Shown here piece by piece: positions 1-19,790 of a stretch of 64,000 bases of DNA. Below the pieces are notes generated by a model that searched no databases, was not told the origin of the DNA, and was given only the letters and a program-made list of their open reading frames with translations. This DNA comes from the human T2T-CHM13v2.0 reference genome, Homo sapiens, in NCBI RefSeq assembly GCF_009914755.1, contig NC_060935.1; one strand, given 5' to 3'. The stretch's first letter is position 1. Every line of letters begins with the position of its first letter. A program made the translations under genes and the position numbers.

Positions 1-2
1 AG

Positions 3-1860
<1,858 letters not shown>

Positions 1861-1863
1861 CTG

Positions 1864-1867
1864 TTTT
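1864..1867 (+). terminator. Pol III terminator (T4) of the tRNA-Ser gene
   Basis: TTTT run 6 nt after the tRNA 3' end. Confidence 0.7.
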
Positions 1868-1885
1868 ATAGAGGTTGGGGGGGAA

Positions 1886-1986
1886 GCATCTACATTTTCA
1901 CATCCTGCCTATTTGGAGCAGCAAGCTGGAGGTGCGAGGGGTGAGGCATCTAAATTTTCACATCCTTCCTGTGGAGCAGCAAGCTG
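1886..1986 (+). repeat. Two-copy direct repeat, period 60 bp
   Basis: gcatctacattttcacatcctgcctatttggagcagcaagctg (1886-1928) vs gcatctaaattttcacatccttcctgtggagcagcaagctg (1946-1986). Confidence 0.85.
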
Positions 1987-2345
1987 AAGAAAACTGAACT
2001 GGGGGTGAGAGTGGAATTCGATCCCAAGTCTCTCTGGTCTTTATCCACCACGCATCTCCTGCCTGCTCCTACTTCAGGTGTCTGTAGCTCTGGGCAGAGG
2101 CCAAAGGTGTTTTCTTTCCTTCTAGAAAGAGGGCCCAGGGGTTGGTGGCACGGAAAAGACTAGAACCGGGATTCTGGCCAGTGTGAAGTTGGGGGCCAAC
2201 GTATGATCTGCAGGAATCAGGGAAGCCCCCCATTGGAGGCATCGCCCTCCCCGTCCGAAGTAGTGGTACTTGTCCTACTCTCCAGCACTTCTCCTAGGGC
2301 GGAGACCTTGTGTCCACATGCCCTGCTCCCCAACACACACAATCT

Positions 2346-2649
2346 CTTTTTTTTTTTTTTTTTTTTTTTTGAGGCGGATTCTCGCTCTGTCGCCCAGGCT
2401 GGAGCGCAGTGGCGCGATCTCGGCTCACTGCAACCTCTGCCTTCCAGGTTCAAGCGATTCTCCTGCCTCAGCCCCGAGTAGCTGGGACTACTAGCGCATG
2501 CAGCACGCCCGGCTAATTTTTTGTATTTTTAGCAGAGACGGAGTTTCACCGTGTTAGCCAGGATGGTCTCGGATCTCCTGACCTCCTGATCCGCCCACCT
2601 CGGCCTCCCAAAGTGCTGGGATTACAGGTGTGAGCCACCGCGCCCGGCC
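2346..2649 (-). mobile_element. Alu, full length, CpG-rich (young, AluY/Sc-like)
   Basis: Poly-T followed by reverse-complement Alu dimer ending cccggcc; flanking cacacacaatctctt / cacacaaactctt target-site duplication. Confidence 0.93.
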
Positions 2650-3338
2650 GCACACAAACTCTTAAGCAGAAGGCTTTGAACATTCCAATATCAGGCCACT
2701 ATACTCTTAATAAGTATTTGTGGATTAATTCATCTGTGGACTCTTTAGAACAGGAGAGGCCGTGGGAAGGGCAGACACTGCCACTGCTAAATCAATTACC
2801 GTATATTACTCAACTTTTTAGGCTGAGCCAGGGAGGCCCCTATAGGGCAGAGTGCTCTGAATCTTGGGATGTCAGGACAGACTGGGCAGGGCTTCAAATA
2901 AGGATAAAGTGTTTGTCCCACTATTCCACAGGCAGTAGGGTGCCAAGGTTGTTGAGTTGAAGAGTGATCAGAAAACCTTTATTTTGCAGCCCAGAGCAAA
3001 AACACACACTGAGTACCTGGTCTCTGCCAGGAACTGTGTTAGGCACGAGGGATGGGCCTTGGAGGAGACACAGGTATTGTCCTTGAGAGTTTCCACTGGT
3101 GACCTTGGCTGTAAAGAGGAGAAAAGTAAGTGCAGATCCTTTCAGCACAGGCCTTATAGACTGGAGGCTCAGAAGTCAGACATGCTGCCATGTGGATTTT
3201 CTTTGACCTCCTCAGTGTTTTATTTTTTATTTATTATTATTATTATTATTTGAGACAGAATTTTGTTCTTCTTGCTCAGGCTGGAGTGCAATGACGCGAT
3301 CTTGGCTCACTGCAACCTTGCCTCCTAGGTTCAAGTGA

Positions 3339-3721
<383 letters not shown>

Positions 3722-4268
3722 TAGTAGACTAGGGTTTCTCCATGTTAGTCAGGCTGGTCTCGAACTCCCGACCTCAGGTGATCTGCCCACCTCGGCCTCC
3801 CAAAGTGCTGGGATTACAGGAGTGAGCTACCAAGCTCAGCCAGTGTTTGTATTTTCAGTGGACAAGTTTTTTACTTCCTGGGTTAATTTTTTCCTAGGTA
3901 TTTTATTCTTTTGTATCCTATTGTAAATGGAGTTGTTTTCTTAATTTCCTTTTCACGTTGTTCATTGTTAGTGTATAGAAATATAACTGAATTTTTGTTG
4001 TTGTTGTTGTTGTTTTGAGATGGAGTTTCGCCCTTTCACCCAGGCTCGAGTGAAGTGGCGCGATCTCGGCTGACTGCAACGTCTGCCCCCCGGGTTCAAG
4101 CAATTCTCCAGCTTCAACCTCCCGAGTAGCTGGGACTACAGGTGCATGCCACCACACCCGGCTAATTTTTGTATTTTTAGTAGAGACGGGGTTTTGCCAT
4201 GTTGGCTAGGCTGGTTTCAAACTCCTGACCTCAGGTGATCCACCTGCCTCAGCGTCACAAAGTGGTAG

Positions 4269-4604
<336 letters not shown>

Positions 4605-4669
4605 TGAGCCAGGCTATTGTGTGTTAATCTTGAATTCTGCAACTTTGCTGACTTTATTAGCTCTAAAAG

Positions 4670-4722
4670 TTTGTGTATGTGTGTACGTGTCTGTGTGTGT
4701 GTGTGTGTGTGTCTCTGTGTGT
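4670..4722 (+). repeat. Imperfect (TG)n microsatellite
   Basis: tgtgtatgtgtgtacgtgtctgtgtgtgtgtgtgtgtgtgtctctgtgtgt. Confidence 0.85.
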
Positions 4723-5066
4723 ATGCATGTATTCCTTAGGATTTTCTATATATGTATATATTATGTCATCTGTGACTATGAATAGTTTTACCTCTTTTTC
4801 AGTTTGGTTAACTTTTGTTTCTTTTTCTTGCCATTTTTTTTCCCACCCCAGTGCAGAAGCTCATTTCTTGCCAAATTGCTCTAGCTAGAACTTCTAGTAC
4901 AATGTTGAGGAGATGAAACGGTGAAACCACGTATCCTTCTCTTGTTCCTGATCTTTGGGGGAAGGCTTTAGGTCTTTCGCCATTAAGTATGATGTTATTT
5001 GTGGATTTTTCATAAATGCCCTTTATCAGGTGAAGGAAGTTTCCACCTATTCCTTGTTTATTCAGC

Positions 5067-5183
5067 ATTTTTATCTTGAACGAGTGTTGGACTTTGTCAC
5101 ATGCTTTTTATCTTGAACGAGTGTTGGACTTTGTCACATGCTTTTTATCTTGAAAGCGTGTTGGATTTTGTCACTTGCTTTTT
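5067..5183 (+). repeat. 37-bp tandem triplication within L1
   Basis: tcttgaa recurs at 5074, 5111 and 5148; unit tttatcttgaacgagtgttggactttgtcacatgctt. Confidence 0.9.
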
Positions 5184-5522
5184 GTTCATAAATTGAGGTG
5201 ATCACTTGGTGTTTCCTCTTCATTCTATTAATGTGGTGTATTACATTGATTGATTTTCTTTTTCTTTTTTTGAGACGTTCTTGCTCTGTTTCCCAGGCTG
5301 GAGTGCAGTGGAGCGATCTTGGCTCACGGCAACCTCTGCGTCCTGGGTTCAAGTTATTCTCATGCCTCAGCCTCCGGAGTAGCTGGGATTACAGGCATGC
5401 GCCATCATGCCTGGCTAATTTTTGTATTTTTTAGTAGAGATGCCGTTTCACCATGTTCGCCAGGCTGGTCTTGAAATCCTGACCTCAAGTGATCTGCCCG
5501 CCTCGGTCTCCCAAAGTGCTGA

Positions 5523-5678
<156 letters not shown>

Positions 5679-6114
5679 TGACTAGCTGGGATTACAGGTG
5701 TGCACCACCACAGCCAGCTAATATTTTTTGTATTTTTAGTAGAGATGGATTTCACCGTGTTGTCTAGGCTGGTCTCAAACTCCTGACCTCAAGTGATCCA
5801 CCTGCTTCAGCCTCCCAAAGTGCTGGGATTACAGGGTGAGCCACCGTGCCCGGCCACACTGATTGATTTTTGTATGTTAAACAATCTTGCATTTCTGGAA
5901 TAATTCCTACTTGGTCATGGTGTATAATTCTGTTAATATGTTGCTGGGTTAGGTTTGCTAGTATTTTGTGGAGGATTTTTGCATCTATATTCATATGAGA
6001 TACGGTCTGTAGTTTTCTTGGGATGGTCTGTATATTAGTTTGGCCTCAGGTCACATAGAATGAGTTGTAAAGTGTTTTCTATTTTTTGGAAGAGTTTGAG
6101 AAGGATTGTTGTAA

Positions 6115-6409
<295 letters not shown>

Positions 6410-6725
6410 TGATCTGCCCTCATCCGCCTCCCAAAGTGCTGGGATTACGGGCATGAGGCACCGCGCCCAGCCGGATTGATGTTAATTCTTTAAGTGATTG
6501 GTAGAATTCACTTGTGAAGCCATCTGGTCCTGGGATTTTCTTTGTTGGGAGGTTTTTGATTACAGATTAAATCTGGTTACTTGTTATAGGTCTGTTCAGA
6601 TTTCCTGTTTCTTCTTGCATCAGTTTTGGTAGTTTGTGTGTTTTCAGGAATTTGTCCATTTCATCTGATTTGTTAGCATACAGTTATTCATAGTATTCTC
6701 TTATAGTCCTTTTTACTTCTGGGTA

Positions 6726-9243
<2,518 letters not shown>

Positions 9244-10875
9244 TAATTGGTAGTAATATTACCACTTGCATTTCTTAGTATTAGATTTTAGTACCTTAAA
9301 GGCTTCTCTCTATTTTTCTTAGTCAATCTAGTTAAAGGTGTGTCAGTTTTGTTGATCGTTTCAAAGAACCAACTTTTGGTTTCATTAATTTTCTCTATTG
9401 CTTTTTTCCCTCCATTTTGTTTGTCTTTAATCTTTATTATTTCTTTCCTTCTGCTACCTTTGAGTGTAGTTTGCTCTTCTTTTACTAGTTCCTTAAGTTA
9501 TTTATTTATTTATTTATTTTTGAGACGGAGTCTTGCTCTGTTGCCAGGCTGGAGTGCAGTGGTGCAATCTCGGCTCACTGCACTGCAACCTCCACCTCCC
9601 GCGTTCAAGTGATTTTCTTGCCTCAGCCTCCCAAGTAGCTGGGACTACAGGGGTGTGCCACCACGACCAGCTAATTTTTGTATTTTTAGAAGAGACAGGA
9701 TTTCACCATGTTGCCCAGGATGGTTTCAATCTCTTGACCTCGTGATCTGCCCACCTTGGCCTCCCAAAGTGCTGGGATTACAAGTGTGAGCCACTGCGCC
9801 TGACCCCTAGTTCCTTAAGTTCTAAAGTCAGGTTATTGTTCTGAGATCTTCTTTTTTAACGTAGGCATTTATAGCTATAAATTTCCCTCTAAGCACTGCT
9901 CTTACTGCATCCTGCAAGTTTTGCTATGTTGTATTTTCGTTTGCATTTATCTCAAAGTATTTCCTAATTTCCCTTTTGATGTCTTTGACTCATTAATTTT
10001 TAAGAATATGTTGTTTAATTTTTACGTATCTGTGAATTTTCCAGCTTTTCTTCTGTTGTTGATTTCCAGTTTCATTCCACTGTGATCAGAAAAGACCCTT
10101 TATATGATTTCAGTCTTTTAAAATTTATTGAGACTGTTTCGTGACCTAACATAGGATCTGTCCTGGAGAATATTTCACAAGCACTTGAGGTTATATATTC
10201 TTTTGTTTATAGGTAGAGTATTCTATATATGTCTGTTGTGGTTTTGGATCTAAAGTGAGTCTCTTATAGACAGTTTATAGTTGAATCACTTTTTGTTTAA
10301 TTAATTAATTTTGAGACAGGGTCTTGCTCTGTCACCTAGGCTGGAGTGCAATGGCACAATTACGGCTTACTGTAGCCTCTACTGCCTAGGCTCAATCAAT
10401 CCTTCCACTTCAGCCTCCTGAGTAGCTGGGACTAAAGGCGCACGCCACCATGTGTGCCTAATTTTTAAATTTTTTGTGTAGACATGAGGTCTTGCCATGT
10501 TACCTGGGTTGGTCTCAAGCTCCTGGGCTAAAGTAATCTGCCCTCCTTGACCTCCCAAAGTGCTGGGATTACAGGCGTGAGCCACTGTAATCCCAGTTGA
10601 ATCATTTTTTTTTTTTTTTGAGACGGAGTTTCGCTCTTGTTGCCCAGGCTGGAGTGCGATGGTGCCATCTTGGCTCACTGAAACCTCCACCCCCCGAGTT
10701 TAAGCGATTCTCTTACCTCAGCCTCCCAAGTAGCTGGGATTACAGGCATGCGCCACCATGCCTGGCTAATTTTGTATTTTTAGTGGAGATGGGGTTTCCC
10801 CATGTTGGTTAGGCTGGTCTCGAACTCCCAACCTCAGGTGATCCGCCCGCCTCAGCCTTCTAAAGTGCTGGGATT

Positions 10876-11197
<322 letters not shown>

Positions 11198-11888
11198 TTA
11201 CGGGCGTGAGCCACTGCGCCCGGCCCTAGTTGAATCATTTTTAAAATCCATTCTTGAGCCAGGCACGGTGGTTTATACCTATAATCCCAGCACTTTGGGA
11301 AGCTGAGGCAGGAGGATTGCTTGAGCTCTAGGAGTTTGAGACCAGCCTGGGCAGAGAGATCCTGCCTCTAAAAAAAAAATTTTTTTAAATCCATTCTGAC
11401 AATCTTGCCTTTTAATTGGAGAGTTGAGTCAATTCCATTTCAAGTAATTACTGAGGCTGGGCGCAGTGGCTCACGCCTGTAATCCCAGCACTTTGGGAGG
11501 CCAAGGTGGGCACATCACTTGAGGCCAGGAGTTTAAGACCAGTCTGACCAACATGGTGAAACCCCGTCTCTAATAAAAATACAAAAAGTAGCCGGGTGTG
11601 GTGGTGCACACTTGTAGTCCCAGGTACTTGGGAAACTGAGGCAGGGGAATTGCTTGAACCTAGAAAGCGGAGGTTGCAGTGAGCCGAGATCACACCACTG
11701 TACTCCATCCTGAGCGACGGAGTGAGACTCTGTTTAAAAAAAAAAAAAAAGTAATTACTGATAAGGAAAGACTTACTTGTGCCATTTTGCTATTTGTTTT
11801 CTACGTCTTGTATCTTTTCGTTCCTCATTTCCTCCATTAATGCCTTCCTTTTTTAAAAGATAGGGTCTTGTTCTGTTGCCCAGACTGA

Positions 11889-12155
<267 letters not shown>

Positions 12156-12832
12156 TGAGTCTTTTATGAGCATGCATCTTGCCCTGCATGTATATGGCTT
12201 TCTCAATTCCCTCATATTTGAGGGAGCTTTTCAGTTCCCCAGAGAATGTCTCCCCACCTTTTCCTTACAACCTTTCAGCTTGTCTGTTGTTCATGTAAAC
12301 TGTAATCTTTGCTCTGGACAGCAGAGGTTTGTTAATTTGCCTTTCAGTGTTTTGGATAACTGTCCTCTTAAGTAGAAGCTTTTCCATCTTGAGAGATTTC
12401 TGAGTCAGGCAAAACAAAAGCGAATGTCTGGCATCCATTCTTTAGGTAGTCCCCAGACAGGTCGGAACTAATAGATACAATCCTTTGAGAACAAAGTCTG
12501 CTTTGCTCCCTTGAGAACCAAAGGCTAGGGTCCCACAATGGGAATGCCATCTTCACACCACCACTAACTCAGAAGGGAAATGGGGCAAGGGCAGGTAAAA
12601 TACTGCAAAACTCTCATTATATTAAGTTGCCACTTTCTTGATTCAGCACTTGCTTGGTTGTTGTAAATCTTTGATTATTTTCCAGAGTTCCGACAAAGGT
12701 TGTTCCAACAGTCGTTGCTCATGTTTTCCGTTTTTTTTTTTTTTTTAAGGCACAGGCCCTTGGAGCTGTCTGTTTTACTACTTTTGCTTACATTCTATTA
12801 ATATTGAGCCCCATGGAACCTCAGTTTATTCA

Positions 12833-13048
<216 letters not shown>

Positions 13049-13761
13049 TCATGGCACGTATCTGTAATCCCAGTTACTCAGGAGGCTGAGGAATAACTTG
13101 AACCCAGGAGGCGGAGGTGGCAGTGAGCCGAGATCGCACCTCTGCACTCAAGCCTGGGTGATGGAGCAAGACTCTTATCTCAAAAAAAATAAATAAATAA
13201 GGGGGAGTCTAGCCAGGTGACCTCAGTCAACAGTAGTTTGTTCAAGAAACCTTGAGAAGAAAGAAAGAGAGCAAGAAGAACAAGGATGCCACCTGGCTCC
13301 ATCTAGGATATCATGATGACTCTAGTGACCACAAAGCAATTCCCCATTCTATTATGTTGTTGACCCTGCCTGTGACCTTGACCCTGCCTATGACCTATTC
13401 CTTCTAATGTGCCAGTAACCTCGAGACAACCCCCACTCATGTTGTGGCTTCATTCTCCCAAGAGAGATGATCTGATTGGTTCCTCTCATCAGGGAAGCTG
13501 GACCGGGCCACCTCATAGGCTGCTGGCCAGTCAGTGAGTGGCTGCCATTGCTCAGACCCCAGCCCTGGTCCAGTCAGCCCTGGCTAGAGATGCCATTCCC
13601 ATACAAAGCAGGGCGTGAGGGTTAGGTAGGGGGGCCTCTGGGGCCACTCAAAAGGGGCCAAACTCTGACAACATGTGGCATGTTGAGGCAGGTGGAAAAG
13701 CAGATCACAAATGTCAAATGCTTTTCATGTAGTAGAATTCTTTTTTTTTTTTTTTTTTTGA

Positions 13762-13920
<159 letters not shown>

Positions 13921-13928
13921 TAGTATAG

Positions 13929-14051
<123 letters not shown>

Positions 14052-14592
14052 TAATTCTAACTACCAGTCTCCTCTTCCATAAAAGGGTCAGCAACTTGAG
14101 GGTAAGGATGTCTCTCTCCACTGAGCCCAGCTCAGTGCCCTGTGCAGTGCGAGTGTTTGCTGATGGAAACTGGCTGCTTCTGTGGGAATCCGGGCCTGTC
14201 GGCAGAGCTGTAACAGGGTGGGCAGGCAGCAGTAGCTGGGGACTAGGCATCAGGCGAGGGGCAGGCAGGTGTAGCCAACCAGTCCAAGAATTTGTTTCCA
14301 ACATCAAAGCCCCTGCACCCTGAGCTGATGAAGTTGTGCTGGGTCTACTGGGAAGGAGGATGGGAAGACGGAATCCCAGGTTGTGACATCATGATCCTGA
14401 GGGGTAAGTGTCCTCTTTTTGGGCCCCATCCTCCACTGCCCAGCCCGAACCTGGGCTTGCTGTGGGTGACGGGTGGCCCCAGTGGGTTTCCTGGGACTGT
14501 CTGGCCTGGGAGGTGGGCAGGTGGGTGTCTGCCTTCCTGGTCCCAGGTGGATCTGGCAGGTCTAGGGAGCTTTTTTTTTTTTTTTTCTTTGA

Positions 14593-14736
<144 letters not shown>

Positions 14737-16169
14737 TAATTTTGTATTTTTAGTAGAGATGGGGTTTCTCCATGTTGGTCAGGCTGGTCTCAAACTCCCG
14801 ACCTCAGGTGATCCACCTGCCTCAGCCTCCCAAAGTGCTGGGATTATGTGAGCCACCGCGCCTGGCTTCTAGGGAGCTTTTAGGTACAACGGACAACAGT
14901 TGTACTCTCCTCTGAAGGTAGAGGAGAAGGAGACTCAGCAAGTGTTGGGGTCCTGCCTCCAACAGTCCCAGAGAGCACAGGTAGGCCTATTGGTCTTGCA
15001 AGAGACTCCAAGACTCCAACAACCGTTTCCCTAATATCATCAGAGGTGGTACTTTAGTTCCAACCTCACTCCAGGACTCTAGCTCAGGCAGGTCATAAAG
15101 AAAAGGGCCTGGATTTGACCTAGGACTCTGGCTCAGCATGCATGCACTTATCCACGAGGTTAGCTGGCCTCCATAGAGGCAGTCTCCCTCATATCTCCTG
15201 TATCAGTCGTCCTCTCTAAGCCACTGTCTAGGCCCCATCACCTCCCCGCTGGACTGCTGGGATCAACTCCTCTGTGGCTTCTCTGCTTCTGCTCCTCCTC
15301 CACCTCAGACTAGCAAACTCATATTCATCCCTCAGGGCCCAGCTGGGGAAATACCTCCTCTGGAATGGCTGCCCTGACTTCTCAGGTGGAATCAGTGGCT
15401 CCCTCGACATGCTTCTGCAGGGCCCTCACAAGACGTATCACAAGTTATATTTGGCTTCCTGTGGCCTTGGGAGCGGGGACTGTGTCTCCTTTGTTTCAAA
15501 GTCTCCAGACCAGGCAGGGCCTGGCTCGGGGCAGCTGTCTGTGAACAGTGCTCAAAGGAATGAATCCTTCCTTGGGGTCTGCCCTGTGGCTTATTTCAGC
15601 AACCAAGGTCATATCTTGCCTGTCTTCCTCGTTGATGCCAAAAAGCCCCTGGCTTCTGAGCAGGTACCCTGTGCTGCCTGAGCACCTAATATCTAATAGG
15701 TGCTCAGTGAATGTTCACAAAGGCAGGTGGGCAGAAAACCCTTGCTTTTCTCTGGGACGGGCAGGGTAGTATAGGTGTGTGGTGAAGCAGGCCTTTCCTC
15801 CATCCGTGTGTAGAATTGGTGGGGTCGCCAAAGCCCTGCCCACACTGACTGCCTCTCTAAGGCCAGATTTCCAAGGAGGAGCTATCCTGGGGAGGCAGAG
15901 GATGCTGGTGAGAGCCCAGGGGCTCATGGAGTGGGAGAGCAATAGTTGTCCATCCAACTAGGTGCTCTGCCCAGGAGCTCAGGATTCCTTGCAGGTCAGT
16001 ACCCCCCAGCTATCATGTGGTCCAGAGGACCCAGCACAGAGATGCCCACCAATCCCTACCCCTCTCAGGGCCTCAGTCATCCCACCTGTCAAGGGGGTAC
16101 AATCTTTCCGACCCCACCCAGTTCACTGAGGCCAATAGAGCCAACAGCACTTCGGAAATAAAGACTTGG

Positions 16170-17095
16170 TGAACGCATCATACAAATAAATGGGGTTATT
16201 AGACCCAAGAGCAGGGTCAGAAGGAGAAACAGCAAAAACGGGGAGTAAGTGCCCAGGCTCCTGCCCCAAACCCCTTGAGGAAAAGAGAAACAGGTGTTGG
16301 GCAGGAAGAACAGCACCAACAGGGAGGAGAGAGAGGGGATTGGGTCCCGGCTCTACCACGGACCAGTCACTTTCCCCAGGACTCAGTTTTGTCACCTGTA
16401 TAATGGGGGAAGCACAATCCTTGCCTGACTCCTTCCAAGAGCCTCAATTAGGCTTCGGTGAGAGAGTGGGTATGGAAGAGCTTTGCAAACTGTAAAGTGC
16501 AGTACACACATGCAGGCTAGCTGTGGCCCTGGGGCCCAGGCCCAGCGGGGCTCTGCGGAGTGGGTACAGTAAGTGTTGGCAATGAAAACACTGCTTGAGG
16601 CTGAGCCTGGCCCTTTGAGCACCCTCAGGTCCTCCACATCTGTTCCTCCTCTCAGGTGCCCACAACTTCCCTGGCACCTTTTACCCTGGGTGGCTGAGGC
16701 CTGGGAAGATGAGGCGCTCCTGGCCTGGGCTGGCCCTGCCTCCCACTCTGAACCCTCTGGTCACCTCTGCTCCTGATGATGATGAACAAATGCAGACCTG
16801 GTGGTGGGGAGCAGCCGTGCCCTGCACCCTCTTTTCCCTAGTCATCACCCTTTCCATGAGGTCTTGTGCGAGTCACCCCCATTCCTGGGTGAGGGTTAGA
16901 ATGACCGGTGGTGATTTCTTCCCCGCAGCACTCCAAGTGGATGAAGAGCAGCTCCTGCCCGCTGCTGGCAGCCTCAGGCCCAGGGGCCTCCACCCCGCAG
17001 AGGCCTGAGCCAAGCTCGCCATTCGCCCTGGGCTGGATCTCAGCTCCGGAAGGAGACGTCGAGAAGAGGCTGCCAAAGAGCCTGGAGGGGCCACT
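16170..17095 (-). other. SLC29A2: SLC29A2 3' UTR (3' end approximate), including a MIR-like fragment at about 16340-16510
   Basis: Follows the TGA at 17098-17096. No canonical sense AATAAA/ATTAAA seen; a variant AATAAC at 16200-16195 with a U-rich downstream tract suggests the end. Confidence 0.55.
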
Positions 17096-17207
17096 TCAGA
17101 GCAGCGCCTTGAAGAGGAAGGAGAGGGAGGCTCCACAGGAAAGTCCCAGGGCCAGGAAGAAGGTCATGAGGGCGCCGGCCACCTCCCTCTCGTGTGGCAG
17201 CACCTGC
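17096..17207 (-). CDS. SLC29A2: ENT2 coding exon 12 (R|QVLPHEREVAGALMTFFLALGLSCGASLSFLFKALL*)
   Basis: Acceptor ttctag|G; 112 nt; TGA at 17098-17096; the 12 exons total 1371 nt = 456 aa + stop. Confidence 0.96.
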
Positions 17208-17717
17208 CTAGAACACCCGGGAACAGGAGCTCTTAGAAAATGCTGGGTCTAAATCTGGACCCAGCTCCACTGCCCTCTGCCCATCCAGTCTGGGCTCTGA
17301 CCCAACCCCTCTGTCACCATAACTGGCCCCTTCTTTCTGGGCCTCAGTTTCCTGGTCTGTAAATGAGGCTGCTGGATAAGGATGTCTCTCAGGGCCTCTG
17401 AGTCTAACATGATGGGATTCCAGATTCCACAGCCTGCCCTTTCCACAGTGCTCTCAGCCTGTCTGCCCTGCCAGCTTCATTCTCTCTGGATTCTCCACTC
17501 CATTGCCCCTTGAGGAAATAGCCCATGACCTTGTTTTTGGTCAAAACCTTAGCTCTCCTTCAACTGAGAATTTTACAGTTAGATGGGCCCTGAGGGATGA
17601 CAGTTCAACCCATTTTTTTTTTTACAGATGGGGAAACTGAGGCACATTGAGGCGGCCCCAGAACCAGTGCCTGGGCTACTTGGTTGGGCGGGTACCTCCC
17701 TAGCCCAGTTCTCTCCC

Positions 17718-17750
17718 CTGCAGTTAAGGCTTGGCCCAGTAGGGGGCGCC
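17718..17750 (+). promoter_or_regulatory. CTCF motif with upstream extension, SLC29A2 intron 11
   Basis: Core CCAGTAGGGGGCGC (17736-17749) preceded by TGCAG with a 12-nt spacer, as in the extended CTCF motif. Confidence 0.7.
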
Positions 17751-17886
17751 AGCAAGGCCTGCAGACAGCTAGGGTTGGGCTGGCCAGAAGCAGGATGGGC
17801 CGTCCCTCCATTGCAGGCGGTCCCTTCCCAAAGACTGAACCCACCTCCCTACTCCCAGCCCCCCACCCCACCCCATTGCCCCGGAC

Positions 17887-18086
17887 CTGGGCGCCAGGCA
17901 CATGGTGAGGGACACCAGGTAGCCATTAGAAACGGCAAAGAGCAGCATGAAGGTGATGAAGTAGGCATCCTGTGGGAAGAGGATGGGCAGCCGGGACCTC
18001 TGGGGCACGTGGCACAGCATGAAGAGGGGCACGAACAGGAACCGCAGGCAGACCAGCAGGGGCAGCAGCCGGCTGTCCTCGTCTGG
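17887..18086 (-). CDS. SLC29A2: ENT2 coding exon 11 (PDEDSRLLPLL...LTMCLAP)
   Basis: Acceptor ccacag|; donor AG|gtccgg (weak); 200 nt; frame consistent with neighbours. Confidence 0.96.
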
Positions 18087-18102
18087 CTGTGGTAGAGGCT
18101 GA

Positions 18103-18911
<809 letters not shown>

Positions 18912-19600
18912 CACCCATAGGATAGACCCATCTGTCACCCCCTGACCTCCTCTGACCTGACCTACCTTGTGAGCCAGTGAGGGAGGACCCAGCACTGGGG
19001 CCTGGGCCAAGTCCACCCAGAAATCAGGGACTGGCCTGGGGCTCACCTCTGCCTCTCCCAGGCTCCAGCTTGTGCTCTCCACCGCATCTACAGTTTACGT
19101 ACTCGGTTCCTCAGAGCACCCACTGGTGGTTCCACAGACCCCCTTGGGGGCAGATGGGGTTTCTGAGTGGGATTGGAAGCTGTAGATCAGCTCCTGTCCT
19201 GACTTGGATGAGACCAGCTCCTCTTTCACCTGCGTTATGTATTGTCTCTTTGGAAGATTTCATTTAAAGATACAGCACCATGGCTAAAACCAACCCCAAA
19301 ACTAAGACTCTTGCTCAGTCCCTCACCTGGTGCAGGAACCTCCATGTAACATTCTCTGAGCAGCAAAGGCTGGATGCTGGGGACACAGAGGTCAGCTGGA
19401 CATGATTTTTGCTTTCAGGGAGCTCACAGTGCAAGCCCTGGCCTGCACGCCTCCAGGGCCCAAGTGCTCCCTGCTGCTTGGCCAGTGGTTGCATTACCAG
19501 GCCACTTGGACTACCAGAAAATCACCTCCGTGCTCTTTCAAGCCCTCGGATCCCAAACTGCTTCCTAAAACATCGGATCACCCAGCCCTGGTGTGCTTAC

Positions 19601-19686
19601 CCACAGGAAGTAAGAGGTCAGGCTCCGTCCCAGCCAGTCCATGATGTTGAAGAGGAGGAAGCAGCAGATGGGGTTGAAGAACTGAC
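19601..19686 (-). CDS. SLC29A2: ENT2 coding exon 10 (S|QFFNPICCFLLFNIMDWLGRSLTSYFLW)
   Basis: Acceptor ccag|; donor TGG|gtaagc; 86 nt. Confidence 0.96.
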
Positions 19687-19790
19687 CTGGGAGGGAAACG
19701 GCTGCAGCTCATACTGGTCTCCAACTCCCCTCTCCCGTCCTCTCCCCTTTGTACCCCCTGCCCTGCCGTCTTCTCCACCCTGACACTCAC

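Noticed and set aside
2005-2045. B-box-like ggaattcgatccc suggesting a second tRNA
   Set aside because: No cloverleaf or A box; the context resembles a MIR core.
2060-2210. Possible + strand exon(s) of a B4GAT1-divergent lncRNA (acceptor-like sites near 2077 and 2125, donor-like near 2200)
   Set aside because: I recall a divergent lncRNA at this locus, but exon boundaries cannot be supported from sequence alone.
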